Assembly: GCA_013003065.1 (NCBI GenBank)
Contig: JABDLI010000179.1
Span: 1-62,839 of the forward strand
Length of the DNA stretch: 62,839 bases
DNA from: Phycisphaerales bacterium
Lineage (GTDB): Bacteria; Planctomycetota; Phycisphaerae; Phycisphaerales; SM1A02
Direction of reading: 5' to 3'
Position numbers and translations under genes: made by a program. Below are positions 1 to 9,873 of the stretch, piece after piece (within the stretch, counting starts at the first letter, position 1; every line of letters begins with the position of its first letter). Under the pieces are notes generated by a model that did not search any database, had not been told where the DNA came from, and saw only the letters and a list, made by a program, of their open reading frames with translations.

Positions 1-15
1 CACCACGCCCCCCCC

Positions 16-729
16 TCACCGCACCAACGTCCCCCACTCCGGACACCGCGCGCTGTACTCCGTCCCCCGCAAGTCGTAATCGCACTTCGCGCACCGCCCG
101 GTCGACGCCCGCTCCACCGCCCGCTCCTTTCGCCGGCCGCGTCGCAGGAGCATGACGAACGCCGCCGCGTAGATCGCGATCGCCGCGGCGAAGAAGAGCA
201 TGACCCACCAGAGCATGACCGTCGCGATCGAGCCCACCCAGTGACGCTGGAGCGTCGCCCCGCGGCCACCGGTGGCCAGGATATGGTGGCCGGCCGCGTT
301 CAGCGTGTCGGCGATCGCGCGACGTTCGGGCGCGTCGGCGGCGAGTTGCGTGCGCACGCCGACCTCGTCGAAGAGGTTCACGACGATGATCGCCTCCTCG
401 CCCCGGGTCGCCGAGACGAGCGGCCAGCCCCGGTGGACGAGCGTATGGTCGACCGCCCATTCCCCGACCGGCGCGGCTTCGATCCACGGTGCGTCCGGGG
501 CGTCGATCGTCGCGACGACCCGGCGATCCTCATCGCGGTGCAAGCGACCGTTGACCGTGTCAACGGTGCGGGAGCGTTCGACGAGCGCTTCGGTCGCGAG
601 CGTCGCGACCGGGGCGAGGATCATCGTGATCGGCAACGCCCACTCCAGGGCCACGTTCACCGGCGTGCGGTGCCGTGTGGCCGAGTAGTAGCGAATGCGG
701 GCGAGCGAGCGTCGAACACGCCGGATCAT
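16..729 (-). CDS. hypothetical membrane protein with C-terminal zinc-ribbon-like motif
   Basis: This is the C-terminal 237 codons of track ORF 16..1362(-). The ATG at 729 forms an ATGA overlap with the stop (726-728) of the upstream GT2 gene. There is one strongly hydrophobic segment (IATVMLWWVMLFFAAAIAIYAAAFVML), followed by CAKCDYDLRG-x7-CPEWG. I recognised no enzyme domain. Confidence 0.55.
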   Translation of the reverse strand: MIRRVRRSLARIRYYSATRHRTPVNVALEWALPITMILAPVATLATEALVERSRTVDTVNGRLHRDEDRRVVATIDAPDAPWIEAAPVGEWAVDHTLVHRGWPLVSATRGEEAIIVVNLFDEVGVRTQLAADAPERRAIADTLNAAGHHILATGGRGATLQRHWVGSIATVMLWWVMLFFAAAIAIYAAAFVMLLRRGRRKERAVERASTGRCAKCDYDLRGTEYSARCPEWGTLVR

Positions 730-1562
730 GACGGCCCGTTCCTCCGGGATGGGGGGGGTGCGGGGGGTGGGGAGAGTGTCGTGGTTGCGTCTGGATTCGC
801 GGCGACGGGGGCGACAGTTCCCGCGGCGTCGGGGTGGGCGGCGGCGGCAACGCGGATGAGGTCGCGTTGCCACCACAGACGCCCGATCGTCGCGATGATC
901 TTGGACCCCGCCGTCACGACGCCGCGGACGGTGCCGGAGATTTTGGACCGTCCGGCGTGCCGGCGGCGGTAGGGCACGTCGACTTCGGCCACCGGGATGT
1001 CCAGGAGCGCCGCCTTCATCTGCATCTCGACCGTCCAGCCCCAGGTCCGATCGGCCATGGCGAGTCGCTGGAGCGTCGTCCACCGGACGGCGCGAAACGG
1101 TCCGAGATCGCTCGGGTGTTTGCCCGTCGCGAGGGCGATGAGCCGGCACGCGAGACCGTTGCCAAACCGCTGCACGAGCGACAACGCCCCCGGTGCGGCG
1201 TGCCGAACCCGCGAGCCGATGACCAGATCCGCGTCGCCCCGCTCGATCGGCGTGACGAGGTCGGGAAGGTGCGACGGGTCGTCGGCCAGATCGGCATCGA
1301 GAAAGACGACGACTTCCGGCGGCGGGTTGATGCGGGCGAGACGCTGCATCGCGCGCAAGCACACGGCGCCGTAGCCGCGGTGGGTTTCGGTGACGACGAT
1401 CGCCCCGCGGGCCGCGGCCCGCGTGGCCGTCGCATCCCGCGAGTCGTTGTCCGCGAGGACGACGTGACGCACGCGGTCTGGCCCGAGCGTGTCGATGGCG
1501 TCGAAGAGGGGATCGATGTTGGCCTCTTCGTCGAGGGCCGGGATGATCAGGTCACACCGCAT
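726..1562 (-). CDS. family 2 glycosyltransferase (polyprenyl-phosphate sugar transferase-like)
   Basis: The translation shows GT-A/GT2 hallmarks: IIPALDEE, VLADNDSRD, FLDADL and a C-terminal basic/amphipathic region. It is the only long ORF here with ordinary protein-like composition. Confidence 0.8.
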   Translation of the reverse strand: MRCDLIIPALDEEANIDPLFDAIDTLGPDRVRHVVLADNDSRDATATRAAARGAIVVTETHRGYGAVCLRAMQRLARINPPPEVVVFLDADLADDPSHLPDLVTPIERGDADLVIGSRVRHAAPGALSLVQRFGNGLACRLIALATGKHPSDLGPFRAVRWTTLQRLAMADRTWGWTVEMQMKAALLDIPVAEVDVPYRRRHAGRSKISGTVRGVVTAGSKIIATIGRLWWQRDLIRVAAAAHPDAAGTVAPVAANPDATTTLSPPPAPPPSRRNGPS

Positions 1563-1571
1563 CGCGTCGGC

Positions 1572-2405
1572 TCAGCCCGTGCCGTCGCGGCTGGGCGTCG
1601 TGCCGAGCAGCTCACGCAACGCGAGACCGGGATCCGGTTGACGCATGAGATGCTCGCCGACGAGCACGATGTTGACGCCGCTGCGACGCAGCCGCGCGAC
1701 GTCGTCGGGCGAGCGGATCCCCGACTCGCTGACGACGATCCGCGGATCCTCGACCATGTCCAGCAGCCGGAACGTGTGGCTGAGGTCGGTCTCCATCGTG
1801 CGGAGGTTGCGGTTGTTGATGCCGAGGAGCGAGTAGCCGGCGTGGGGGAAGCCGATGTGCCGTTTCACCTTGAGGAGGTTCTCGACGTCGTGCACCTCGA
1901 CCAGCGTCGTCATCCGCAGCTTTTGCGAGAGGATCATCAGGTCCAGGAGCTGCCCTTCGCTGAGCGCTTCGGCGATGAGAAGGACGGCGTCCGCCTGGGC
2001 GGCCCGCGACTCCCAGATCTGGTATTCGTCAACGACGAAATCCTTGCGCAAGACGGGCACCCGGACGGCCTGCCGGATCTGCTGGATGTAGCCGAGGTGG
2101 CCGCCGAAGTGATGCTCGTCCGTGAGGCACGAGATCGCCGCGGCTCCCGCTTCCTCGTATTGTCTGGCGATGGCCACCGGATCGAAATCGTCGCGGATGA
2201 CGCCCGCGGACGGGCTGCGTCGCTTGATCTCGGCGATGACGTGCGTCGTGCCCCGCAGCCGGGCATCGACGACGGCAGCGAAGAAATTGCGCGGGTTCGG
2301 CAACGCGGCCACCCGCTGCTTCAGCACCTCGAGCGCCGTGGTCGACTTGGCCTTCGCCACCTCGACCCGCTTGCGGGCAAGGATCTCTTCGAGGACCACC
2401 GCCAT
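1572..2405 (-). CDS. trpC: indole-3-glycerol phosphate synthase
   Basis: MAVVLEEILARKRVEV...VIAEIKRRSPSAG...LLIAEAL...GINNRNL is typical TrpC. The start at ATG 2405 has an AGGAGG (2423..2418) 12 nt upstream. The longer track ORF 1572..2639 has an implausible N-terminus. Confidence 0.9.
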   Translation of the reverse strand: MAVVLEEILARKRVEVAKAKSTTALEVLKQRVAALPNPRNFFAAVVDARLRGTTHVIAEIKRRSPSAGVIRDDFDPVAIARQYEEAGAAAISCLTDEHHFGGHLGYIQQIRQAVRVPVLRKDFVVDEYQIWESRAAQADAVLLIAEALSEGQLLDLMILSQKLRMTTLVEVHDVENLLKVKRHIGFPHAGYSLLGINNRNLRTMETDLSHTFRLLDMVEDPRIVVSESGIRSPDDVARLRRSGVNIVLVGEHLMRQPDPGLALRELLGTTPSRDGTG

Positions 2406-2514
2406 GGCGTGTTCGTGCCTCCTGGGAGCCGTGTGGGCGAGGCCAGTTATAGCCTCGGCGGGGGTGATCGACCAACCCGCCGCGGGGACGGGCTGGGGGT
2501 ACGACGACAGCGTG

Positions 2515-3318
2515 ATGCTGCTCCTCGCGGTCGTCGCGGCGACGGCGATCATCGCCCGCCGGATGACCCGCCTGAGCGACACGCCGCGGCGACCCGTCGT
2601 CTTCGAGCCACCGCTCGCCCTGACGCTCGCGCTCATCATGCTCGTGCTGGGACCGGTCGGCGCGACGCTGGCCGCACGGTTGGCGGGGGTCGACCTGACC
2701 GGTGGTGACGGTGAGCGGCCGTTGGCCGAGCAAACGCAGATCGCCCTGGGAGCGTACGCCGCTCAGATGATCGTCGCCGTCGCCTATGCGGCCCGACTGG
2801 CGACGGCGACCCGCCCCATCCCCGACCGACGCTGCTCGCTGCCGGCGTCGGCCGGCTCCGGGCTGTCGACGATCATCGTGCTGTGGCCGATCCTGAGCAC
2901 CGTGGGCGTCGGGCTCGCGTGGCTCTCGGAACGGGTGGCGGGTGCGCCCCCCGATCCGATCGCCCACGACCTCCTGCGCACGCTGGCGGATGCGTCCCGC
3001 ACGAAGTGGTTCTGGGTGATGAGCATTCTCGCGATCACCGCGGTGCCGCTCTTGGAAGAGCTGCTCTACCGGGCGCTCGTTCAGGGTGGACTGCGGCGGG
3101 CCGGCGCGTCGCCGTGGCTCGCCATCTTCATCACGAGCGTGCTGTTCGCGGGGATGCACGCGACCAACACGACGTTGCCGGCCCTGTCGCTGCTCTTCCT
3201 GCTCTCGCTCGGATTCGGTTGGGTGTACGAACGCACGGGGCGACTGACCGCGTCGATCGTCATGCACGCGGCGTTCAATCTCGCGAACCTCATGCTGGCG
3301 GTCGCGTCCTCCGGATGA
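2515..3318 (+). CDS. CPBP family intramembrane metalloprotease (CAAX protease-like)
   Basis: It has multiple TM segments plus the CPBP motifs EELLYR...F..MH...H..FN (EELLYRALVQ, FAGMHA, MHAAFNL). The start is uncertain; ATG 2515 was chosen within track ORF 2122..3318. Confidence 0.72.
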   Translation: MLLLAVVAATAIIARRMTRLSDTPRRPVVFEPPLALTLALIMLVLGPVGATLAARLAGVDLTGGDGERPLAEQTQIALGAYAAQMIVAVAYAARLATATRPIPDRRCSLPASAGSGLSTIIVLWPILSTVGVGLAWLSERVAGAPPDPIAHDLLRTLADASRTKWFWVMSILAITAVPLLEELLYRALVQGGLRRAGASPWLAIFITSVLFAGMHATNTTLPALSLLFLLSLGFGWVYERTGRLTASIVMHAAFNLANLMLAVASSG

Positions 3319-3360
3319 CCGCGGCGGCGCGCCGTTGCGTTCCTGCTACAGTACGCCGCC

Positions 3361-4422
3361 ATGACCACGCGGCCGCGTATTCTCACCGGTGACACGCCCA
3401 CCGGACCGCTGCATCTCGGGCACTACGTCGGATCAGTCCGGCGTCGGGTCGAGCTGCAGGATACGTACGACTGCTACTTCATCGTCGCGAACATGCACGC
3501 GTACACGACGCGGGCCGACAAACCCGCGGAGATCCGGACGCACGCGCTCGAGATCGTGCGTGATTACCTGGCCATGGGCATCGATCCGGCCCGCTCGACC
3601 ATCTTTCTGCAGACCGAGGTGCCGGCGATCGCGGAGCTGACGTACTTCTTCGCCATGCTCCTGCCCTTCAATCGCGTGATGCGGAATCCCACGCTCAAGG
3701 ACGAGATCCAGGTGAAGGGTCTCGGGGAGACCTACTGCTTCGGCTTCCCCCTCTACGCGGTGGGGCAGACGGCGGACATCCTGGCCTTCCGCGCGCACGC
3801 CGTGCCGGTCGGGGAGGATCAGATCCCGCACATCGAGCTGACCCGCGAGGTCGCCCGACGTTTCAACCAGATGTACTGCGGCGTCTCGGATCAGGCGGAC
3901 GACGACGATCACGAGTCGCTCGGCGGCGTCTTCGCGGTGCCGCGGGCGGACGTCGGGGCGGTCGGGCGTCTCGTCGGAACCGACGGCGTGAACAAGATGA
4001 GCAAGTCGCTCAACAATGCGATCTTCATCACCGACACGCCGAAGCAGGTGAAGAAGAAGCTCGGCAAGCTGTACACGGGCCGGCAGAGTCCGACCGAACC
4101 CGGCGACACGAGCAACGCGCTCTTCGACTATGTCCGAACGTTCATTCCCGATGCGGATCGCGTGCGTGAGCTGGAAACGGCGTACGCCACCGGAGCCGAT
4201 ATCGGCGATGGTCACATCAAGGTCGAAGTCGCGGAGGCGATCAGCGCCCTGCTCGCGCCCATGCAGGAGCGGCGAGCCCGGTACGAGGGCGATGACGATG
4301 CGATCCTCGACATCCTGCGTGACGGCTGCCGGCGCGCGAACGAGTGCGCCGAGGAGACGCTCGCGCTCGCCAAGAAGGCAGCGCACCTGCACTTCTTCGA
4401 TCGGTCGCTGTCGTACCGGTGA
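3361..4422 (+). CDS. trpS: tryptophan--tRNA ligase
   Basis: Class I aaRS motifs are present: HLGHY near the N-terminus and KMSKS. Length and layout are typical of TrpRS. Confidence 0.93.
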   Translation: MTTRPRILTGDTPTGPLHLGHYVGSVRRRVELQDTYDCYFIVANMHAYTTRADKPAEIRTHALEIVRDYLAMGIDPARSTIFLQTEVPAIAELTYFFAMLLPFNRVMRNPTLKDEIQVKGLGETYCFGFPLYAVGQTADILAFRAHAVPVGEDQIPHIELTREVARRFNQMYCGVSDQADDDDHESLGGVFAVPRADVGAVGRLVGTDGVNKMSKSLNNAIFITDTPKQVKKKLGKLYTGRQSPTEPGDTSNALFDYVRTFIPDADRVRELETAYATGADIGDGHIKVEVAEAISALLAPMQERRARYEGDDDAILDILRDGCRRANECAEETLALAKKAAHLHFFDRSLSYR

Positions 4423-4482
4423 GCCACCGGGGGCCGTCCCTTTCGCCGCGCCGGCAAAGGGGGTAGCATCGCCGCTCGCACG

Positions 4483-6102
4483 GTGAGATCGATGGACGTC
4501 ATTGCCTCCAGAATCAATCCGAAGGACGCGGGGTTCCAGGAAAACCTCACGCACATGAACGAGGCGATCCGCACGCTGCGGGAGCGTCTGGGCGTCGCGC
4601 GGGCGGGCGGCGGTCCCCGCGCCCAGGAGAAGCACAAGGGCCGCGGCAAGATCTTCGTCCGCGATCGCATCGAGCGGCTCGTCGATCCCGACAGCCCGTG
4701 GCTCGAGTTCAGCCCGCTGGCGGCGTACGGCATGTACGACGATGCCGCGCCGTGCGCCGGCGTGATCACCGGCATCGGCCGCGTCCACGGACGCCCGTGC
4801 GTCATCGTCGCGAACGACGCGACCGTGAAGGGCGGGACGTACTACCCGATCACCGTCAAGAAGCACTTGCGTGCGCAAGAGATTGCCGCGGAGAACGGTC
4901 TGCCGTGCATCTACCTCGTCGATTCCGGCGGCGCCTACCTGCCGCTGCAGGCGGAGGTGTTCCCCGATCGCGAGCACTTCGGCCGGATCTTCTTCAACCA
5001 GGCGCGGATGAGCGCGGACGGGATTCCGCAGATCGCGGTCGTGATGGGCTCGTGCACGGCGGGCGGCGCGTATGTGCCCGCGATGAGCGACGAGACGGTG
5101 ATCGTCCGTGAGCAGGGGACGATCTTTCTCGGCGGCCCCCCGCTGGTCAAGGCGGCGACCGGGGAGGTCGTCACCGCCGAGGAGCTCGGCGGTGCGGACG
5201 TGCACTGCGGCACGTCCGGGGTCGCCGATCACTACGCCCAGGATGACGAAGACGCCCTCGCGATCACCCGCAACATCGTTTCCCACCTCGGTCGCGTCGA
5301 GCGGACACCGCTGGCGACGACGCCCGTGGAAGAGCCACGCTACGACCCCGCCGAGCTGGGCGGGGTCATTCCCAAGGACGTGCGCAAGCCCTACGACGTG
5401 CGGGAGGTCATCGCTCGCATCGTCGACGGGAGCCGCCTGCACGAATTCAAGCAGCGGTACGGCACGACGCTCGTCACCGGCTTCGCGCACATCTGGGGGC
5501 ACCCGGTCGGCATCCTCGCCAACAACGGGGTGCTGTTCTCCGAAAGCGCGCTCAAGGCCACGCACTTCATCGAGCTGTGCTCCCAGCGTCGCGTCCCGAT
5601 CGTCTTCCTCCAGAATATCACGGGGTTCATGGTCGGCCAGCAATTCGAAGCCGGCGGGATCGCCAAGGACGGGGCCAAGATGGTCGCGGCGGTGTCGAAT
5701 GCGTCGGTGCCGAAGTTCACTGTCGTGATCGGTGGATCGTTCGGCGCCGGCAACTACGGGATGTGCGGTCGTGCCTACGGACCGCGGCAGCTCTGGATGT
5801 GGCCGAACGCCCGGATCAGCGTCATGGGCGGCACCCAGGCGGCCAAGGTGCTCTCCACCGTGAAGCAGGATCAGCTCGCCCATCGCGGGGAGCCGGCGCT
5901 CACGGACGAGCAGGTGGCGGCGTTCGAGCAGCCGATCCTCGACAAGTACGAAGACGAGGGAAGCCCGTACTACAGCACGGCTCGTCTGTGGGACGACGGG
6001 ATCATCGAGCCGTCCGAGACCCGCATGGTGCTCGCCCTGGGCATCGGCGCGAGCTTGAACGCTCCGTTCGAGCCGCGTCGTCACAGTGTCTTCCGGATGT
6101 GA
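4483..6102 (+). CDS. methylcrotonoyl-CoA carboxylase beta subunit (carboxyltransferase)
   Basis: A 539-aa acyl-CoA carboxyltransferase ([33 protein letters not shown]...). It sits next to a hydratase, a biotin carboxylase and HMG-CoA lyase. An in-frame ATG at 4492 is an alternative start. Confidence 0.87.
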   Translation: MRSMDVIASRINPKDAGFQENLTHMNEAIRTLRERLGVARAGGGPRAQEKHKGRGKIFVRDRIERLVDPDSPWLEFSPLAAYGMYDDAAPCAGVITGIGRVHGRPCVIVANDATVKGGTYYPITVKKHLRAQEIAAENGLPCIYLVDSGGAYLPLQAEVFPDREHFGRIFFNQARMSADGIPQIAVVMGSCTAGGAYVPAMSDETVIVREQGTIFLGGPPLVKAATGEVVTAEELGGADVHCGTSGVADHYAQDDEDALAITRNIVSHLGRVERTPLATTPVEEPRYDPAELGGVIPKDVRKPYDVREVIARIVDGSRLHEFKQRYGTTLVTGFAHIWGHPVGILANNGVLFSESALKATHFIELCSQRRVPIVFLQNITGFMVGQQFEAGGIAKDGAKMVAAVSNASVPKFTVVIGGSFGAGNYGMCGRAYGPRQLWMWPNARISVMGGTQAAKVLSTVKQDQLAHRGEPALTDEQVAAFEQPILDKYEDEGSPYYSTARLWDDGIIEPSETRMVLALGIGASLNAPFEPRRHSVFRM

Positions 6103-6116
6103 CGGGAAGGAGCGGG

Positions 6117-6911
6117 ATGGCCGAGTTCGTCGGGCAATCGGTGGAAGAGGGCGTGGCGACGATCCGGATCGATCGCCCGGAGGTTCACAACGCCTTCAAC
6201 GAGGTCGTGATTCGCGAGCTGACCGACGCCTTCGCGAGCGCAGGCGCGGACGATGCGACGCGTCTCGTCGTTCTCGCCAGCGGAGGCCCGTCCTTCAGCG
6301 CCGGGGCGGATGTGAACTGGATGCGTCGGATGATCGACTATTCCGTCGAGGAGAACGTGGCCGACGCGGCGACGATGGCAGCGATGCTCGACGCGATTCG
6401 ATGCTGTCCGAAGCCCGTCATCGCTCGGGTCCATGGGGCCGCGTTCGGCGGAGGCGTGGGTCTCACGGCGGCCTGCGACATCGCCATCGCGGTGAAGACC
6501 GCCATCTTCGCGTTGACCGAGGTGAAGCTCGGCATCCTGCCCGCGGTGATCTCGCCGTACGTCCAGGAGAAGATCGGGCCCGGCGCCCTGCGGCGGTACG
6601 CGCTCACCGCCGAGCGTTTCGACGCGACGGAAGCGCGGCGGCTCGGGCTCGTGTCGGAGGTCGTCGAGACCGAGGCGGAGCTGGACGAGAAGATCGCTTT
6701 TCTGGCAAAGCTCGTTCGCAAGAACGGGCCGGAGGCGGTCGCTGCGTGCAAGGAAGTGCTCCGGGAGATCCAGCCGGTGGACTGGTCCGCCGCGACGGCG
6801 GCGACGACGCGGTTCATCGCCGCCCGCCGGGTCTCGGAGGAGGGGCAGGAGGGGTTGCGGGCATTCCTCGACAAACGCGCGCCGAGCTGGGAGCCCACGA
6901 GGACACGCTGA
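6117..6911 (+). CDS. enoyl-CoA hydratase/isomerase family protein (probable methylglutaconyl-CoA hydratase)
   Basis: Crotonase fold signature (IRIDRPEVHNAFNE...VHGAAFGGGVGL). AAGGAG lies just upstream of ATG 6117. This is the C-terminal part of track ORF 5577..6911. Confidence 0.85.
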   Translation: MAEFVGQSVEEGVATIRIDRPEVHNAFNEVVIRELTDAFASAGADDATRLVVLASGGPSFSAGADVNWMRRMIDYSVEENVADAATMAAMLDAIRCCPKPVIARVHGAAFGGGVGLTAACDIAIAVKTAIFALTEVKLGILPAVISPYVQEKIGPGALRRYALTAERFDATEARRLGLVSEVVETEAELDEKIAFLAKLVRKNGPEAVAACKEVLREIQPVDWSAATAATTRFIAARRVSEEGQEGLRAFLDKRAPSWEPTRTR

Positions 6912-8411
6912 ATGTTTGCCAAGGTGCTCATCGCCAACCGGGGGGAGATCGCGGTGCGGATCATCCGCACGCTGCGGGAGATGGGCGTCGCATCGGTGGC
7001 GGTGTACTCCGATCCCGATCGCACGGCGCTTCACGTTCAGGTTGCGGACGAGGCGTACCCCTTGCCCGGAACGACCGCGGCCGAAACGTATCTGCAGGCG
7101 GCTACGCTCATCGAGATCGCCCGGTCGTGCGGAGCGGACGCGATTCACCCCGGGTACGGGTTCCTCTCGGAGAACGCCGACTTCGCTCGCGCGTGCGTCG
7201 CGGCCGGAATCACGTTCGTCGGCCCGCCGCCGGATGCGATTGCCGCAATGGGTGACAAGATCATCGCCAAGCGGCTCATGGAGGAAGCCGGCGTGCCCGT
7301 CGTGCCGGGGTGGGTCGGCGCCGCCGATGCGAAGGCGGCGACGGTCGCGACCGAAGCGTCAAAGATCGGCTACCCGGTGCTGGTGAAGGCCGCGGCGGGG
7401 GGTGGCGGGAAGGGCATGCGTGTCGTCGAAGACGCCAGCGCCCTCGCCGAGGCGTGCGCGGCCGCGCGACGCGAGGCCGGTGCCGCGTTCGGGGACGACC
7501 GCATCTTCCTGGAAAAGTACCTGCCGCACGCGCGACATGTGGAATTCCAGGTGCTCGCCGACACGCACGGCGCGGTCACGCACCTCGCCGAGCGGGAGTG
7601 CTCGATCCAGCGGCGTCACCAGAAGATCGTCGAGGAAGCGCCCGCGCCCGGGCTCGCTCCCGCCGTGCGCGCACGGATGGCCGAGGCAGCGGTCCGGGCC
7701 GCGGCCGCGATCGGCTATGCGAACGCGGGAACCGTCGAGTTCATGCTGGCGGACGACGGGGCGTTCTATTTCCTCGAGGTCAATACCCGTCTGCAGGTGG
7801 AGCATCCGGTGACCGAGCTGATCCTCGGACGTGATCTCGTCCGCGATCAGATCGAGATTGCCGCCGGCGCCGCCCTGCCGGTGCGCGGCGACGAAACACC
7901 GATCCGCGGTCATGCGATCGAGTGCCGCGTGTACGCGGAGGATCCCGCCCGCAACTTCCTGCCCTCCACCGGACGCATTCACTACATGGAGACGCCGGAC
8001 GGCCCGGGCGTGCGGGTCGACAGCGGTGTGGCCACCGGGTCGGAGGTGTCGGTTCATTACGACCCGATGCTCGCCAAGCTGATCGCGTGGGCGCCCGACC
8101 GCGGGCAGGCCATCACGCGGATGCGGGCGGCGCTCGCGCGGTTCGTCGTGCTCGGGGTCATCACGAACATCGAGTTCCTCCAGGATCTGCTCGGCCACCC
8201 GGCGTTCGTCGCGGGCGATCTGCACACGCGGTTTCTCGAGGAGCATTCGATCGGCGTGACGCCGGGTCCGCCGACGCTCGCGGAGCATGCGGTGGCGGCC
8301 TTCGCGGCGACGAATCGCCGGCGGCCGCCGGCCGGGGCGATCGGTGCGGCGGAGACGACGGCTCCCGATCCCTGGTCATCGGCCGGACGCTGGCGGGGAG
8401 GGCTGTCGTGA
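6912..8411 (+). CDS. biotin carboxylase domain protein (methylcrotonoyl-CoA carboxylase alpha, N-terminal part)
   Basis: MFAKVLIANRGEIAVRIIRT..., ATP-grasp and biotin carboxylase motifs are present. The ORF stops after ...PWSSAGRWRGGLS, where fused alpha subunits normally continue. Confidence 0.88.
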   Translation: MFAKVLIANRGEIAVRIIRTLREMGVASVAVYSDPDRTALHVQVADEAYPLPGTTAAETYLQAATLIEIARSCGADAIHPGYGFLSENADFARACVAAGITFVGPPPDAIAAMGDKIIAKRLMEEAGVPVVPGWVGAADAKAATVATEASKIGYPVLVKAAAGGGGKGMRVVEDASALAEACAAARREAGAAFGDDRIFLEKYLPHARHVEFQVLADTHGAVTHLAERECSIQRRHQKIVEEAPAPGLAPAVRARMAEAAVRAAAAIGYANAGTVEFMLADDGAFYFLEVNTRLQVEHPVTELILGRDLVRDQIEIAAGAALPVRGDETPIRGHAIECRVYAEDPARNFLPSTGRIHYMETPDGPGVRVDSGVATGSEVSVHYDPMLAKLIAWAPDRGQAITRMRAALARFVVLGVITNIEFLQDLLGHPAFVAGDLHTRFLEEHSIGVTPGPPTLAEHAVAAFAATNRRRPPAGAIGAAETTAPDPWSSAGRWRGGLS

Positions 8412-8947
8412 AGGTGCACCTGCGGACACCCGGTGTCGAGGAAGCGATCGCGGTCACGCTCGTGCGCTCCGGCGCCGGGGCCGACGCCCCGCACCTCGTC
8501 ACGGTGGGAGCGGAATCGGGCGAGCTGGAGCTGGAGTGGATCGACGCGGACGGCGGCGTCGTTCGTCATCGCGGCTGCGTTCGTCCCTTCCGCGCGGTCG
8601 TCGAGGACGACGCGGTGATGATCTGGCTCGACGGCCGCACCCGCCGGTTCGAGCGTTGCGACCCGACGGCCCGCCGGGCGGCGGCCGGCGGCGGCGGGGG
8701 CGGCGTGGGGCATCTGCTTGCCCCGATGCCGGGCAAGATCCTCGAGATCGCCGTTCAACCCGGTGAGTCTTTCGAAGCGCACACACCGATCATCATCATG
8801 GAGTCGATGAAGATGGAGATGACGCTGTCCGCCCCGAGCGCGGGACGCGTCGCCCGCGTGCGGTGCGTCGCCGGGGAGCTGGTGGAGATGGGGGCGTGTC
8901 TGGCCGAGCTCGAGCCGGTGACACCCGCGACGGAGTCGGCCCCGTGA
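8408..8947 (+). CDS. biotin carboxyl carrier (biotinyl/lipoyl) domain protein, C-terminal part of carboxylase alpha
   Basis: GTG 8408 overlaps the stop 8409-8411 (GTGA). The C-terminus carries the biotinylation motif IIMESMKMEM within a lipoyl-like fold (GKILEIAVQPGESF...). This is the C-terminal part of track ORF 7922..8947. Confidence 0.75.
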   Translation: MKVHLRTPGVEEAIAVTLVRSGAGADAPHLVTVGAESGELELEWIDADGGVVRHRGCVRPFRAVVEDDAVMIWLDGRTRRFERCDPTARRAAAGGGGGGVGHLLAPMPGKILEIAVQPGESFEAHTPIIIMESMKMEMTLSAPSAGRVARVRCVAGELVEMGACLAELEPVTPATESAP

Positions 8948-9873
8948 CGGAAACGCAGTCCGGGCGCGTGTCGATTCTGGAGGTCGGGCCGCGGGACGGG
9001 CTACAGAACGAACCCACGCCGATCGACACCGCTACGAAGCTCGCGTTCATCGAAGCGCTCGCAGCGTCGGGGCTCGGGCGGATCGAGGCGACGGCGTTCG
9101 TCCATCCCCACGCGGTGCCCCAGCTCGCCGATGCCGCCGCGGTGGCCCGGGGGCTGCCGGTCGACGACTCCATCGAGTACTCGGCGTTGGTGCCGAACCG
9201 GACCGGGCTGCGTCGCGCGATCGACGCCGGCGTGCGACGGGTCGCGGTGTTCACGGCGGCATCGGAGACGTTCGCGCGTCGCAACATCAACATGTCCATC
9301 GCCGAGTCCCTGGCGGAGTTCGAGCGGGTGGTCGCGGATGCGACGGGGCAGGGGCTGACCGTGCGGGGCTACCTCTCGACGTGTTTCGTCTGCCCGTACG
9401 AGGGGGAGATCGCGCCGGACCGGGTGCGCGCGGTGGCGAGCCGGCTGATGGATCTCGGCGTCGACGAGATCGCGATCAGCGACACCATCGGCGCGGCGGT
9501 GCCCACGGACATCGTCGCGTGTCTGGGAGAAGTGCTGCAGGACGTTCCGGTCGAGCGGGTCGCGTTGCACCTGCACGACACGTACGGAACCGCGTTGGCG
9601 AACGTGTGCGCCGCCCTGCCCCTGGGCATCACGCGGTTCGACGCCTCCGCGGGCGGACTGGGCGGTTGTCCCTACGCGCCCGGCGCCGCGGGCAACCTCG
9701 CCACGGAGGATCTCGTTTATCTGCTCGAACGGATGGGCATCGCCACCGGCGTCAGCCTCGAGGGCGTGTTCCGCGCGTCGACCATCGTCGCCAACGCGCT
9801 CGGCCGGCGGCTGCCGGGCAAGCAGTACAACCGCCTGCGGGCGGCCGGGGGTGACGCGGAGCCACCGGCGTGA
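8944..9873 (+). CDS. hydroxymethylglutaryl-CoA lyase
   Basis: VSILEVGPRDGLQNEP and HLHDTYGTALAN are HMGL-like hallmarks. GTG 8944 overlaps the stop of the preceding ORF (GTGA). Confidence 0.88.
   Translation: MTETQSGRVSILEVGPRDGLQNEPTPIDTATKLAFIEALAASGLGRIEATAFVHPHAVPQLADAAAVARGLPVDDSIEYSALVPNRTGLRRAIDAGVRRVAVFTAASETFARRNINMSIAESLAEFERVVADATGQGLTVRGYLSTCFVCPYEGEIAPDRVRAVASRLMDLGVDEIAISDTIGAAVPTDIVACLGEVLQDVPVERVALHLHDTYGTALANVCAALPLGITRFDASAGGLGGCPYAPGAAGNLATEDLVYLLERMGIATGVSLEGVFRASTIVANALGRRLPGKQYNRLRAAGGDAEPPA

Noticed and set aside
3433-6084. An 883-aa minus-strand ORF and many similar long ORFs, for example 834..2708(+), 14702..17563(+) 5' part, 20278..22185(-), 25020..26939(-), 39835..41949(-) and 61076..62839(-).
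   Set aside because: They lie antisense to, or out of frame with, genes that have clear family hallmarks. Their translations are R/G/P/H/D-rich low complexity. Stop codons are rare in sequence this GC-rich, so long spurious ORFs are expected.
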